Assembly: GCA_947632025.1 (NCBI GenBank)
Contig: CANRNN010000006.1
Span: 72,030 to 136,029 of the forward strand
Origin: an uncultured Clostridia bacterium
GTDB taxonomy: Bacteria > Bacillota > Clostridia > Oscillospirales > Ruminococcaceae
Direction: 5' to 3'
DNA length: 64,000 bases
In this document: positions 38,931 through 49,543 of the stretch, piece after piece
Layout of the letters: each line of letters begins with the position of its first letter
Numbering within the stretch: position 1 is the first letter of the stretch
Made by a program: the position numbers and the translations under genes
Notes under the pieces: generated by a model
Told to the model about the DNA's origin: nothing
What the model saw: the letters and a program-made list of their open reading frames with translations, nothing else
Databases searched by the model: none

Positions 38931-41570
38931 ATGGCTAAAAAATGGGTCTATACCTTCAAAGAAGGTAATATGACAATGCGTAACCTGCTTGGCGGAAAGG
39001 GCGCTAACCTCGCGGAAATGACCGAGATAGGACTCCCCGTGCCGCAAGGATTTACTATCACAACAGAAGCCTGCACTCAGTATTACGAGGACGGCAGAAA
39101 GATCAACGACGAAATTATGGCTCAGGCAATGGAAGGCGTTGCCTGGATGGAAAAGGAAAACGGAAAGAAGTTCGGCGACCTTAAAAATCCGCTGCTCGTT
39201 TCCGTGCGTTCGGGCGCGAGAGCTTCTATGCCCGGTATGATGGATACTATCCTTAACCTCGGTCTTAACGACGAAGTCGTTGCCGCTATGATAGCGGGAA
39301 ACCCCGACCCTAAGTTTGAAAGATTCGTTTACGATTCCTACAGAAGATTTATTCAGATGTTCTCCGACGTCGTAATGGAAGTCGGAAAGAAATATTTCGA
39401 GCAGCTCATTGACGAGATGAAAGCAAAGAAGGGCGTTAAGTTCGACGTCGACCTTACCGCTGCCGACCTTAAGGAGCTTGCGTCACAGTTCAAGGCTGAA
39501 TATAAGAAACAGCTCGGCAAGGATTTCCCGTCCGACCCCGTAGAGCAGCTGAAGCTCGCTATTGAAGCCGTTTTCCGTTCTTGGGACAACCCCAGAGCGA
39601 ACGTTTACCGCCGCGACAACGATATCCCGTATTCATGGGGTACTGCCGTAAACGTAATGCCGATGGTATTCGGAAACCTTAACGATGATTCGGGTACGGG
39701 CGTTGCGTTCACGCGTGACCCCGCTACAGGCGAAAAGAAGCTGATGGGAGAATTCCTGTTTAACGCACAGGGCGAGGACGTTGTAGCAGGCGTGCGCACT
39801 CCTATGCCTATCGAGCAGATGGCGGACAAGTTCCCTGAGGCATATAAGGAATTCGTTAAGGTCTGCGGAATCCTTGAGGATCACTACAGAGATATGCAGG
39901 ATATGGAGTTTACAGTAGAGAACAAGAAGCTCTATATGCTCCAGTGCCGCAACGGTAAGAGAACCGCTCAGGCGGCTCTGAAGATCGCGTGCGACCTCGT
40001 CGATGAGGGTATGATCGACGAGAAAAAGGCGGTTTCCATGATCGACCCGCGCAACCTCGACACGCTGCTCCACCCGCAGTTCGACACAAAGGCTCTTAAA
40101 GCCGCTGTTCCTGTAGGAAAGGGCTTGGGCGCTTCTCCGGGAGCTGCCTGCGGTAAGATAGTATTCACGGCAGAAGACGCTGTTGAGTGGAAAAAGCGCG
40201 GCGAGAAGGTAGTTCTCGTTCGTCTAGAAACCTCTCCTGAGGATATTACGGGTATGAAAGCGTCGCAGGGTATCCTGACCGTTCGCGGAGGTATGACCTC
40301 TCACGCTGCTGTTGTAGCGCGCGGAATGGGTACTTGCTGCGTTTCGGGCTGCGGCGATATCGCTATGGACGAGGAGAACAAGAAGTTCACTCTCGCGGGC
40401 AAGACCTATCACGAGGGCGACCCGATCTCCATCGACGGCTCCACCGGTAACATTTACGACGGAATTATTCCGACTGTTGACGCGACTATCGCGGGCGAGT
40501 TCGGACGTATTATGGCGTGGGCTGATAAGTACAGAAAGCTGAAAGTCCGCACTAACGCAGATACTCCGACTGACGCAAAAAAGGCTCGCGAGCTTGGCGC
40601 GGAGGGCATCGGTCTTTGCCGTACAGAGCATATGTTCTTCGCAGCTGACAGAATTGCGGCGTTCCGCGAGATGATCTGCTCCGATACCGTTGAAGAGCGC
40701 GAAAAGGCTCTCGATAAGATCCTTCCCATGCAGCAGAGCGACTTTGAAAAGCTGTACGAGGCTCTTGAGGGCAATCCCGTAACAATAAGATTCCTCGACC
40801 CGCCTCTGCACGAGTTCGTTCCGACTGAGGAGGCTGACATTAAGGCTCTGGCTGACGCACAGGGCAAGCCTGTTGAGGCTATCAAGAACATTATCGCGTC
40901 GCTGCACGAGTTCAACCCGATGATGGGTCACCGCGGCTGCCGCCTTGCGGTAACTTACCCCGAAATCGCGAAAATGCAGACAAGAGCTGTTATCAGAGCG
41001 GCAATAAACGTTATCAAGGCTCACCCCGACTGGAACCTCGTTCCCGAAATTATGATTCCGCTGGTAGGCGACGTCAAGGAGCTTAAGTACGTCAAGGATA
41101 TAGTTGTAGCAACGGCTGACGAGGAAATCAAGGCTGCGGGCAGCAATATGAAGTACGAAGTCGGCACAATGATAGAGATCCCGCGCGCGGCTCTCACCGC
41201 TGACGAGATCGCGAAGGAAGCGGAGTTCTTCTGCTTCGGTACGAATGACCTCACGCAGATGACCTACGGCTTCTCGCGCGACGACGCGGGCAAATTCCTT
41301 GGCGCTTATTACGACAAGAAGATATTTGAAAACGACCCGTTTGCGAAGCTCGACCAGACAGGTGTGGGCAAGCTGATGGAGATGTGCATCAAGCTCGGCA
41401 AGGCGACGCGTCCCGACCTGCATATCGGCATCTGCGGCGAACACGGCGGCGATCCGTCCTCCGTTGAGTTCTGCCACAAGCTCGGACTTACCTATGTTTC
41501 CTGCTCGCCGTTCCGTGTTCCGATCGCACGTCTTGCGGCAGCACAGGCAGCTATCGCCGAGATGAAATAA
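38931..41570 (+). CDS. ppdK: Pyruvate, phosphate dikinase
   Basis: LLGGKGANLAEM, SVRSGA..SMPGMMDT, GGMTSHAAVVARG (phospho-His), GICGEHGG. Confidence 0.99.
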   Translation: MAKKWVYTFKEGNMTMRNLLGGKGANLAEMTEIGLPVPQGFTITTEACTQYYEDGRKINDEIMAQAMEGVAWMEKENGKKFGDLKNPLLVSVRSGARASMPGMMDTILNLGLNDEVVAAMIAGNPDPKFERFVYDSYRRFIQMFSDVVMEVGKKYFEQLIDEMKAKKGVKFDVDLTAADLKELASQFKAEYKKQLGKDFPSDPVEQLKLAIEAVFRSWDNPRANVYRRDNDIPYSWGTAVNVMPMVFGNLNDDSGTGVAFTRDPATGEKKLMGEFLFNAQGEDVVAGVRTPMPIEQMADKFPEAYKEFVKVCGILEDHYRDMQDMEFTVENKKLYMLQCRNGKRTAQAALKIACDLVDEGMIDEKKAVSMIDPRNLDTLLHPQFDTKALKAAVPVGKGLGASPGAACGKIVFTAEDAVEWKKRGEKVVLVRLETSPEDITGMKASQGILTVRGGMTSHAAVVARGMGTCCVSGCGDIAMDEENKKFTLAGKTYHEGDPISIDGSTGNIYDGIIPTVDATIAGEFGRIMAWADKYRKLKVRTNADTPTDAKKARELGAEGIGLCRTEHMFFAADRIAAFREMICSDTVEEREKALDKILPMQQSDFEKLYEALEGNPVTIRFLDPPLHEFVPTEEADIKALADAQGKPVEAIKNIIASLHEFNPMMGHRGCRLAVTYPEIAKMQTRAVIRAAINVIKAHPDWNLVPEIMIPLVGDVKELKYVKDIVVATADEEIKAAGSNMKYEVGTMIEIPRAALTADEIAKEAEFFCFGTNDLTQMTYGFSRDDAGKFLGAYYDKKIFENDPFAKLDQTGVGKLMEMCIKLGKATRPDLHIGICGEHGGDPSSVEFCHKLGLTYVSCSPFRVPIARLAAAQAAIAEMK

Positions 41571-41636
41571 TTTGAAACTTATCGTATGATTTAGGATTTT
41601 CTCATTAAATTATTTTCTTTAGCGGATAATACCGCA

Positions 41637-41671
41637 ACTCCCCGACGCGAAAGCATCGGGGAGATTTTTTT
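41637..41671. terminator. Intrinsic terminator after ppdK
   Basis: CTCCCCGA-cgcgaaagca-TCGGGGAG followed by a T-tract. Confidence 0.8.
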
Positions 41672-41685
41672 ATAAGGTTTTTATT

Positions 41686-42057
41686 TTACGGAAAATCTTT
41701 TGGGATACCGCTGTTAAGGCTTGATTTTGCAGAACCGGGAAGTCTGGCGTAACATACCGGAAGCCCCGATGCAGTCGTCATTTTCGCGATTTTCTGCAGT
41801 ACCAAGGTACAGCGTTCGGGATAGATATTAAACAGTATACACGCAACGTCCTTCTGAATGGAAACACTGGAGCTTTTAAGATACGGCAGCAATTCGTCCT
41901 GCCGCTCTTTTTCAAGCAGCTTGTGTGCAGCCTGAACCATTATTTCATTGTATTTGTTGTATTTCCCTATGCTGCTTGTTCCTTCGCGGAGTGCTTCGTC
42001 GCGCCTGTTCAGGGCGTCGATAAGTGTTTCCAGCGTGCCGTCGTCTTTGTATTTCAT
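41686..42057 (-). CDS. Hypothetical protein resembling DUF2019-type helical immunity proteins
   Basis: LLPYLKSSSVSIQKDVACIL HEAT-like unit; AAGGAGG RBS and its own promoter. Family call is tentative. Confidence 0.55.
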   Translation of the reverse strand: MKYKDDGTLETLIDALNRRDEALREGTSSIGKYNKYNEIMVQAAHKLLEKERQDELLPYLKSSSVSIQKDVACILFNIYPERCTLVLQKIAKMTTASGLPVCYARLPGSAKSSLNSGIPKDFP

Positions 42058-42331
42058 AAATTTCCTCCTTGAATTTCAATCTAATTTTAGAATTTCCCGA
42101 AAGAAACGCCGTGTTTTTATCTGAATGACAAGATCCGAAATAACGTTTTTTATCTGTTTCTTCTTAATATATTATACCATTTTGAGCATATTTTGTCAAG
42201 TCGGTGTATTTGACCTATGTTCAAAAATTGTCAAAAGCTATTGAAAAATAATGTGAAATATGGTATAATAATTGTGATTGATGATTTATTTCTGATATTC
42301 AAATTATGCCATAAAAGGAGAATTATCAAAG

Positions 42332-44050
42332 ATGAAATTGGACAAGTTGGTCGGTGACAGATTTAAGGAGCGTCCGTCAGACTGCCAGATAGATTCACAC
42401 GCGCTTATGGTGCGCGGCGGATATATCAAGTATGTCGCAAACGGCATTTACTCTAATTATCCTCCGCTAAAGCGCATAACGAGAAAGATCGAACAGATCA
42501 TTCGCGAGGAAATGGACGCAATAGACGGACAAGAGGTAATGTTCCCGGTGGTAATGCCCGCTCCGCTGTGGGAGGAGTCGGGAAGATACACAAGTATAGG
42601 CAGCGAGATGGTGCGTTTCACAGACAGAAACCGTCAGCCTATGGTACTGGGTATGACGCATGAGGAGGCAGCTGTGCAGCTCGTGCGCGAGTACGCAAAC
42701 TCCTACACAAAATATCCGTTTATGATCTATCAGATACAGACGAAATTCCGCGACGAGGCGCGTCCGCGCGGCGGTCTTATCCGCGTTCGCGAATTTACGA
42801 TGAAAGACGCGTATTCATTCCACACTTCTCAGGAGGATCTGGAGGAGTATTATCAGCGCGCACATAAGGCTTACGAGAAAATTTATAAGCGCTGCGGAGC
42901 AAAGGGAGTTATCTCCGTAAAGTCCGACAGCGGAATGATGGGCGGCAGCGTTTCCCACGAGTTTATGCTGCTGACGCCTATAGGAGAGGATTCTATCGCT
43001 ATCTGCAGGAAGTGCGGCTATACCGCGAATGTAGAAGCTGCAAAGTCCATAATCGAAAACGTCCGCGACGAAAATTCCGAAGCTCTTACCGAGGTGAATA
43101 CTCCGGACTGCCACACTATTGAGGAGGTGTGCGCGTTTTTGAAAGCCGCTCCCGAAAAGTCGGCGAAGGCTGTAGTTTATCAGAAAATTCCGGGCGACGA
43201 GTTCGTAATTCTGTTTATCCGCGGGGATCTGGACGTGAATGAAACAAAGCTTACGAATTTCCTCGGCTGCGATATCCGTCCTGCCGTAATTGACGAGGAG
43301 TGCGGTATTTGCGCGGGATTTATCGGTCCCGTAAACCTTAAGGTAAACGCGCCCTGCACCGTGCTTTTCGACGAGTCGTTAAAGAATCTCAACAACCTCG
43401 TCTGCGGCGCGAATAAGACCGATTTCCATATGACGGGACTTGATATGGAGCGCGATGTTCTGAACGCCGAATACCGCGATTTTGCGAAGATAATCGAGGG
43501 CGGTATCTGCCCCGAATGCGGCGAACACACTATTACCATTTCCCGTGGAATTGAAGTCGGGAATATCTTCCAGTTAGGAACAAAATACTCAAAGTCAATG
43601 GGTATGACCTACCTTGACGCAAACGGTGAGGAAAAAGTCCCGATAATGGGCTGTTACGGTATAGGCGTGGGACGCTTGGCAGCGTCGGTGTGCGAGGCTT
43701 CTCACGATGATTACGGTCCGATCTGGCCTATGGCGATAGCGCCGTGGCAGGTACATCTTTGCGCGGTGCGCCCCGACGACGAGCGCGTAAAGTCCGCCGC
43801 TGACAAGCTGTACAACGATTTGCAGGACGCGGGAGTTGAGGTTATTTACGACGACAGAAACGTCCGCGCGGGAGTTATGTTCTCGGACGCGGACTTGCTC
43901 GGAGTGCCGCTGCGGGTGGTAGTAAGCCCGCGAAACCTTGACGAGGGAGTATTTGAGCTTTCGTCGCGTGACAAGACGCTCTCCGAAAAGCTCGACCCGA
44001 ACAGCGCTGTGGAAAGGCTTAAAGAACTGATAAAACAGATGATGTCATAA
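42332..44050 (+). CDS. proS: Proline--tRNA ligase (with editing domain)
   Basis: GMTHEE, QIQTKFRDEARPRGGLIRVREF.MKDAYSF, GIEVGNIFQLG, MGCYGIGVGR. Confidence 0.98.
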   Translation: MKLDKLVGDRFKERPSDCQIDSHALMVRGGYIKYVANGIYSNYPPLKRITRKIEQIIREEMDAIDGQEVMFPVVMPAPLWEESGRYTSIGSEMVRFTDRNRQPMVLGMTHEEAAVQLVREYANSYTKYPFMIYQIQTKFRDEARPRGGLIRVREFTMKDAYSFHTSQEDLEEYYQRAHKAYEKIYKRCGAKGVISVKSDSGMMGGSVSHEFMLLTPIGEDSIAICRKCGYTANVEAAKSIIENVRDENSEALTEVNTPDCHTIEEVCAFLKAAPEKSAKAVVYQKIPGDEFVILFIRGDLDVNETKLTNFLGCDIRPAVIDEECGICAGFIGPVNLKVNAPCTVLFDESLKNLNNLVCGANKTDFHMTGLDMERDVLNAEYRDFAKIIEGGICPECGEHTITISRGIEVGNIFQLGTKYSKSMGMTYLDANGEEKVPIMGCYGIGVGRLAASVCEASHDDYGPIWPMAIAPWQVHLCAVRPDDERVKSAADKLYNDLQDAGVEVIYDDRNVRAGVMFSDADLLGVPLRVVVSPRNLDEGVFELSSRDKTLSEKLDPNSAVERLKELIKQMMS

Positions 44051-44124
44051 AATAAAATGCTCCCGAAGCCGCAAGGTTTTGGGAGTGTTTTTTTATAAAT
44101 AAAATTTACAGAAATTATTTACGA

Positions 44125-44802
44125 TTATTTACGAATGACCAGCAGTTTATTATCTCCTTTTTGAAATTCATATTTTGTCTGTTTTATTTCCACGTTATAA
44201 ATTTCAGTAAAATGCTTAATTACATCTGCCGTCAATTCGCTTTTGTTTGCGTCAAGGTCAACGATAGGGAAGATCCGGATCTCTTTGCAGACTCTCAGCA
44301 TTTCGGTCATTGCGCTAATATGAAAATCAAATCCGAGCATTGTGTACATCAGCAAAAAATGGGAGCTTAATCCTATGTCAAAATAATTATTTTCATATGG
44401 CAGTTTTTCGGGAAGCTCGTGATAAATGTATCTCTTTTCTGCCTTTCCTTTTTCATAATCCGTAAGGAAAAGGCGCATTGCGGACATTCGTCTGTTTTCC
44501 AGATCGTCAAGATTTTTGATATTTGTCCAAACGTAGTTTTCTGTATTCTCGCGCATTTGCTCCATAACAATTGTGCGCACTTCGTCGATGCGATTGCGGA
44601 GTTCATCGGCTGAAAACTGATAGATCGGATCAAAGGATGTCACGTTATATCCCTGCTTCGTTGCCTCATAGTTAAAGCTTGCGGGACCATCTCCAAATCC
44701 CGCAATTTTCTTTTTCAAATCTTCATCACTGAGATCAAACATAAGTTTGTACTCCGCGAAATTTCTTCCCCACGGAACAACGTTGTTTAACTGAAACGAC
44801 AT
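44125..44802 (-). CDS. Putative SAM-dependent methyltransferase
   Basis: IAGFGDGPASFN motif I-like; FDIGLSSHFLL..Y; EMLRVCKEIRIFP. Confidence 0.8.
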   Translation of the reverse strand: MSFQLNNVVPWGRNFAEYKLMFDLSDEDLKKKIAGFGDGPASFNYEATKQGYNVTSFDPIYQFSADELRNRIDEVRTIVMEQMRENTENYVWTNIKNLDDLENRRMSAMRLFLTDYEKGKAEKRYIYHELPEKLPYENNYFDIGLSSHFLLMYTMLGFDFHISAMTEMLRVCKEIRIFPIVDLDANKSELTADVIKHFTEIYNVEIKQTKYEFQKGDNKLLVIRK

Positions 44803-44992
44803 ATGTATGTTCCTCCATAAATATTGTTTTTCTGACGATTATAATTTCAAACAAATTTAATGTTATTATACCACATTTGAAAAAATCTGTCAATAGTATT
44901 CAGTCATAAAACATATCAAGGCGTTTGCCTTTGTTTTTTACATTATAAGCCTTATTTTTTCAAGTCGGGATAAAATGTTATTTCATCAAAGA

Positions 44993-45652
44993 TTATAAAT
45001 ATTCGACTTTGTTGCGTATAGATGTCGCGTTTTCCGAACTTACGATAATGTGGTCGTAAAGATCAATGCCGAACGCCTTAAAAATTTCGTTCAGCTCTTT
45101 TACGGAAATAATATCTTCTGCCGACGGAAGCGCCGGACCGTAAGGGTGGTTATGCGCCGTTATAACGATCGAAGCAGAAAACTTTTTTGCCTTATTGACA
45201 GTTTCATTAAACGTTACCGAATTCTTGTCCGGAAACGCGGACTCAAATACTTCGGCAAAAAGAGCTTTTCCCGAATCATCAAAAAATATTGCACACGAAC
45301 ATTCTATGGGTCTTTTTCCTATTGCATCTGAAAAGTATTTCTTTATCGACTCGCCTTGAGCGATGGTAATATCATTGCTCAACACACAGTCCTTGACCAA
45401 TGCGCAGCAGAATAAAATAAAATCTTTGTCACGCTTTGTCATTCCCGGAATTTTCGAATATTCATCAATATTCGCGTACAGGAAATTCATGACCGTGCCG
45501 AAATGCCGGATCAGCTTCTCGCATAGCTCGTTTCTTTTTTTGGAATCCACGAGCAAACGTTTCAAACGTTCTGTTTCTCTTTCTTGAGTTTCCTTATCAA
45601 TATGTATTATTGGAAGCGAATGAAACCCTTCATTAAAACTATCGGATTTCAT
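44993..45652 (-). CDS. RadC-like JAB-domain protein
   Basis: AHNHPYGPALPSAEDI...DLYDHIIV JAB/MPN motif. Confidence 0.88.
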   Translation of the reverse strand: MKSDSFNEGFHSLPIIHIDKETQERETERLKRLLVDSKKRNELCEKLIRHFGTVMNFLYANIDEYSKIPGMTKRDKDFILFCCALVKDCVLSNDITIAQGESIKKYFSDAIGKRPIECSCAIFFDDSGKALFAEVFESAFPDKNSVTFNETVNKAKKFSASIVITAHNHPYGPALPSAEDIISVKELNEIFKAFGIDLYDHIIVSSENATSIRNKVEYL

Positions 45653-45833
45653 AATATTTCTCCTTGCTCAATTTCTATTTTTACATTATACCATATATTG
45701 TTTCAATTTTCAATACTTTTTCAAAATGTAAAAATTCTACAAAATAACGGTTTTCACACCTTGCCGAACAACCTGCAAACACTCATACCTTTTGATTCCA
45801 CAGGCTGCTTGGATTGTGATAATCAGCCTCTAT

Positions 45834-46484
45834 TCACTTTTGGGATTTAAAATAGTGAACGCCAACTTCCATATCTTCCGGACGCTCCGGTTCGGGCTCT
45901 TTAGCTCCGTTTATTCGTCTTTCATTCCAATTCCCCCATTCTGTTGAATATTCGGTCTGAACATTGCTGTTAATGATATATATCCAGTCCAAACCAAGCT
46001 TTGTTTCATCGTCAGCAGCTGTAACAACACCTACCTTGAACCAATATAATGTTCCTTTATCAGTTGTAACATAAGTATTTGCAGAATATCCGGCGCTTAC
46101 CGTAACTCCGTTTCTTACAGAGCTGTAATCGCCTGATGCCCCGACATGCCGCATCTCAACAACTTTGCCGTCAAGAAAATTTACGAGTATTTCGATATCG
46201 GACATCATATCAAATTTGGTTTTATCATACTCACTGAACATATCAAAAATTGCCCTACTGTCTTTTGTTTCAACAAGTTCCAAAACCTCGTTAAACGTAT
46301 TAACAGCATACTCAAGCGGATATTTGTAAGGATTTGCCTCGTAATTCGCCGAAGCAGCCTCGGAAGCTGCTTCCCTGACCCTCCCAATGACGTCTGAAGC
46401 TAAATCTTTAATGCTTCTGCAGCCCGTCATAAGTAATAACGCCAAAATTGGGCAAGTCAATTTCAAAATCTTCCGTATATGCAA
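45834..46484 (-). CDS. Lipoprotein, DUF5104-like
   Basis: LLMTGC lipobox; VLELVETKDSRAIFDMFS...DETKLGL pattern. Family call is tentative. Confidence 0.65.
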   Translation of the reverse strand: MHIRKILKLTCPILALLLMTGCRSIKDLASDVIGRVREAASEAASANYEANPYKYPLEYAVNTFNEVLELVETKDSRAIFDMFSEYDKTKFDMMSDIEILVNFLDGKVVEMRHVGASGDYSSVRNGVTVSAGYSANTYVTTDKGTLYWFKVGVVTAADDETKLGLDWIYIINSNVQTEYSTEWGNWNERRINGAKEPEPERPEDMEVGVHYFKSQK

Positions 46485-46546
46485 AATTATATCCCCCTAT
46501 CGCCCTGTCCAAAGTATCCATTTAAAACGTCTTTAATTTAAACAAT

Positions 46547-47193
46547 CTAACTAAATGAATTGTAAAACGCATCTTCATTTCCAAATTCACTTTCGTTTGA
46601 AAAAGTTAAACTGCTTCCCAAACATATCACGGTTACTGTGTACCTTGTAAAAGGGATACTCTCTTTACAATAACAGTAAAAATCGTACAGCCATCCTAAA
46701 GATTTGGGGTTAGTACACTCACCATCGTAAATCACAAAACCTACGCCGCCATCGAATTGTGAAATATCCGCTTCAGGATTATTCTTAAAAAAAATTTGTA
46801 ATTGATTTGTATTGTAGCTGAATTTTGCGGTAATATTTCTTGATTCTGTAAACGGCTTGATATAGGTGTCGTAGAGTTGATGTTCCGCAAATGCACTCCG
46901 GTAACTATCAATTGTAATTTTTCCACGCTCAGCGAAAATTGAAAACCTTATCCGTTCAGATCAAAAACAAATTGATCATATCCGTTATTTTCAAAATTGA
47001 TTTTTGTTGTGCCATAGTGAGCCTCTATGAATTTAGCATCGGAGTAATTTGCGTTTATATATTCCAAAGCAGCCTGTTTGTTTTTTCGAGCCTCCTTCTG
47101 CCACGGAAATAAAAGGTTCACGTTGAAAATAGCACAAATTCCGATTGCAGCTGCCAATGACAGTAAAATTTTGATTAAAACCGTTTTCTTCAT
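46547..47193 (-). pseudogene. Frameshifted membrane-anchored hypothetical protein (~215 aa if repaired)
   Basis: ORF 46948-47193 (..FDLNG*) continues in a shifted frame (IRFSIFAERGKITIDSYRSAF..VIYDGECTNPKSLGWLYDFY..FS*) that is open to 46547. Confidence 0.7.
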
Positions 47194-47326
47194 ATGCCCC
47201 CTAATCTCCTATATATTTTAATACAGTGTTCTGCATTTGTGTAAACTTTATAAAAAGATTTTTTTGATCCGTCCCCATAATTAAATTATATCACATTTTT
47301 CAAGACCTGTCAACAACTTAATTTTA

Positions 47327-47423
47327 TTACACTCCAATCTCCATTCTCTGACCCTCGGACTCGCTCAAAGCGATGCTTTTCATATTTTATTGATTTATTA
47401 TCCGCCGGATAAGTATGAATTTA
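47327..47423. repeat. Downstream arm shared with 59822-59860 and 60197-60249
   Basis: TTACACTCC..CATTC.CTGACCCTCGGAC.CGCT and GCGATGCTTT.CATAT.TTATTGATTTA.TAT..GATAA..GAA.TTTA, overlapping the GNAT stop codon. Confidence 0.85.
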
Positions 47424-47864
47424 GATTTTCCGCTTCAGGTAAACCATATCTATCAGTTGCTTACCGCATTCGAATATTGGATGATTATAGTGCTCAACAA
47501 AGAAATTACTGACAATATGTGAGCGAACGAAACCGCAGCTCTCATAAAACGGGATCGTCAGCGGACTATCCCCCGTACCGACCTGTAAAACCGAATACTG
47601 CCCTTTGTACTTTTCCGCAACAAACTCAATCAATGCTTTGCCATACCCCATTCTTTTATATCCGGGTTCTGTTGCTATATTCTTTATCTCCAGAACGCCA
47701 TTTCCCTCATCTGTAACCACGCATTCAGCTTTTGCGCCGTCATTGATAAGAACATACATCGTTCCTCTGTCAAGATAGCTGTCGATCATATTCTCTTGTT
47801 CATCTGCCAATAACAGTAATGCAAGATAGTCTTTTTTATTTGTTTTTATCTCTTCGATCTCCAT
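47421..47864 (-). CDS. GNAT family N-acetyltransferase
   Basis: EIKNIAT.P.Y.RMGYGKALI, GTGDSPLTIPFYESCGF; start 47864. Confidence 0.92.
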   Translation of the reverse strand: MEIEEIKTNKKDYLALLLLADEQENMIDSYLDRGTMYVLINDGAKAECVVTDEGNGVLEIKNIATEPGYKRMGYGKALIEFVAEKYKGQYSVLQVGTGDSPLTIPFYESCGFVRSHIVSNFFVEHYNHPIFECGKQLIDMVYLKRKI

Positions 47865-47910
47865 TTCATACCTCAATAAATCCCGAATTATCGGTGGGCC
47901 TACGCCCTGC

Positions 47911-47985
47911 CCGACTGTATACAATTATACCACATTTTCCCCAAAAAAGCAAGCTCAAACGATTTTCGCATATCAATATTTAGAG
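47911..47985. repeat. Upstream promoter-bearing arm shared with 60744-60819
   Basis: CCGACTGTATACAATTATACCACA(T/C)TTTCCCC(A/G)AAAAAGCAAGC: 42/44 identical; contains minus-strand TTGCTT-17-TATAAT. Confidence 0.9.
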
Positions 47986-48205
47986 TCACGTAGCATTTAG
48001 TCAGCGTTTTCTGCCGTTCTAATAATTTCGTTCGCACGGTCTTTCTCAGGAATTATTGTTATTTCAGACATTTCATCAACTTCTTTCACAACACATTATA
48101 CCGTACAATTCAATAAATGCTTCGCACACGTCTTGGCGCAGTGCTCCTGTCGCTTTCTCCTTGTCAGGCTGCGCAAGGGAAAGTATCTGAAATACTGCTA
48201 TTCAA

Positions 48206-49084
48206 TTGTCAAAGAACATAAGGGGAGAATTTGCCCCTCTACTATATGGAGATTTACTCTTCGTTTTGTACACCCCTTTAGGAGATATTCCCGATGAATA
48301 TTTCGGACGGCTATATAACCTGAAATGGCTTCAGCTTGTGAGCGCGGGCGCGGACAGGATAATTTACGGGAACGCAATTTCCGATAAAACCGTTCTGACA
48401 AACGCTTCCGGTGCATTCGGAGAGGTTATTTCGAAATATGTCATCGGCGGCATTCTTTGCCTATTCCGCGATTTTTTCAGCTATCGTGAAAATCAAATCG
48501 AAAAGCACTGGCATGATACAAAAAACGAACGTATGATCTGCGGCTCGACAGCGTTGATTTTGGGCTGCGGGAATATCGGCAAATGCGTTCCAACTCGTCT
48601 GAGGGCATTCGGAGCAAAAACCGTAGGAGTTCGTCAAAGCCGTAAAAATGCCCTGAATTTGACGAAACATATCCCGTTGAGAAACTTGATATGCTGCTTC
48701 CGGACGCCGACATAATTGTCTGCACCCTGCCGCGGACGCCTTCAACGGAACATTTCTTAAACCGCGAGCGGCTTATGCTGATTAAAAATGACGCGGTTAT
48801 CGTGAACGTCGAGCGCGGAAATGTTATTGACACAAACGCGCTTTGTGAAAGGCTGAAAAGAGGAGAATTGTTCGGCGCGGTGCTTGACGTTTTCGAGAAC
48901 GAACCGCTTGAACATAATTCACCGCTGTGGGATATGAAAAACGTTTTTTGTCACTCTGCATATTTCGGGGAAATCGTTCGGTCATTCTGAAAGAACCGAA
49001 AATCTGATAGCACAGATCTGTGAAGAAAATCTAAGGCGGTTTGTAAACGGAAAACCGCTTGTAAATATAGTTAAACAGAAATAA
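48206..49084 (+). pseudogene. D-2-hydroxyacid dehydrogenase, frameshifted
   Basis: LQLVSAGAD, ILGCGNIG, DIIVCTLP.TPSTEHFL, VNVERG, AVLDVFENEPL, then TLHISG..NLRRFVNGKPLVNIV* across at least three frames. Confidence 0.85.
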
Positions 49085-49132
49085 ATTTGAAATTTGTTTT
49101 TAAGGAGCCCATTTCAGAGGAGGTAAACTACA

Positions 49133-49315
49133 ATGTCAGGAAAACCGTTATCACACGAAGTCACAAAGGAAAACGGCTTCAAAAAGCCCGACCGTGTTGA
49201 CAGACATCCGCGTTCAAACAATAATGAAACTTCGGGATCGGATAACAGATCCTCTAATTATCTGCCTGACCCGAACGATGGATTGCACAAGCCGAAAATC
49301 GTACCATGGAAGTAA
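49133..49315 (+). CDS. Small hydrophilic 60-aa protein, hypothetical
   Basis: Strong GAGGAGGT RBS; MSGKPLSHEVTKENGFKKPDRVDRHPRSNNNETSGSDNRSSNYLPDPNDGLHKPKIVPWK. Confidence 0.65.
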   Translation: MSGKPLSHEVTKENGFKKPDRVDRHPRSNNNETSGSDNRSSNYLPDPNDGLHKPKIVPWK

Positions 49316-49543
49316 ATGATGACAATATATCCGGCGGGCAAAAACACCGTGAAATAATAATTCATCTTGTTTTTTGTTTTGTGAAGAAAGTCAACTCCCG
49401 CTTCCGCAGATATTTTCGTTGAAATGCCCATAAATGCAACTTTCAATTTGAAATAATTCAAAAAAACCACAATAAATTAAGAAATTTTGTGCATAATGCC
49501 CTAAAATTTGCAATTTTATTTTGAAAATCTGTTAAAATAGTGC

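Noticed and set aside
44115-44134. 10-bp tandem duplication TTATTTACGA at the methyltransferase stop
   Set aside because: No matching copy at the other end of the gene to make it a target-site duplication; likely slippage.
48000-48075. 24-codon minus-strand ORF MSEITIIPEKDRANEIIRTAENAD
   Set aside because: Weak RBS, too short, no supporting context.
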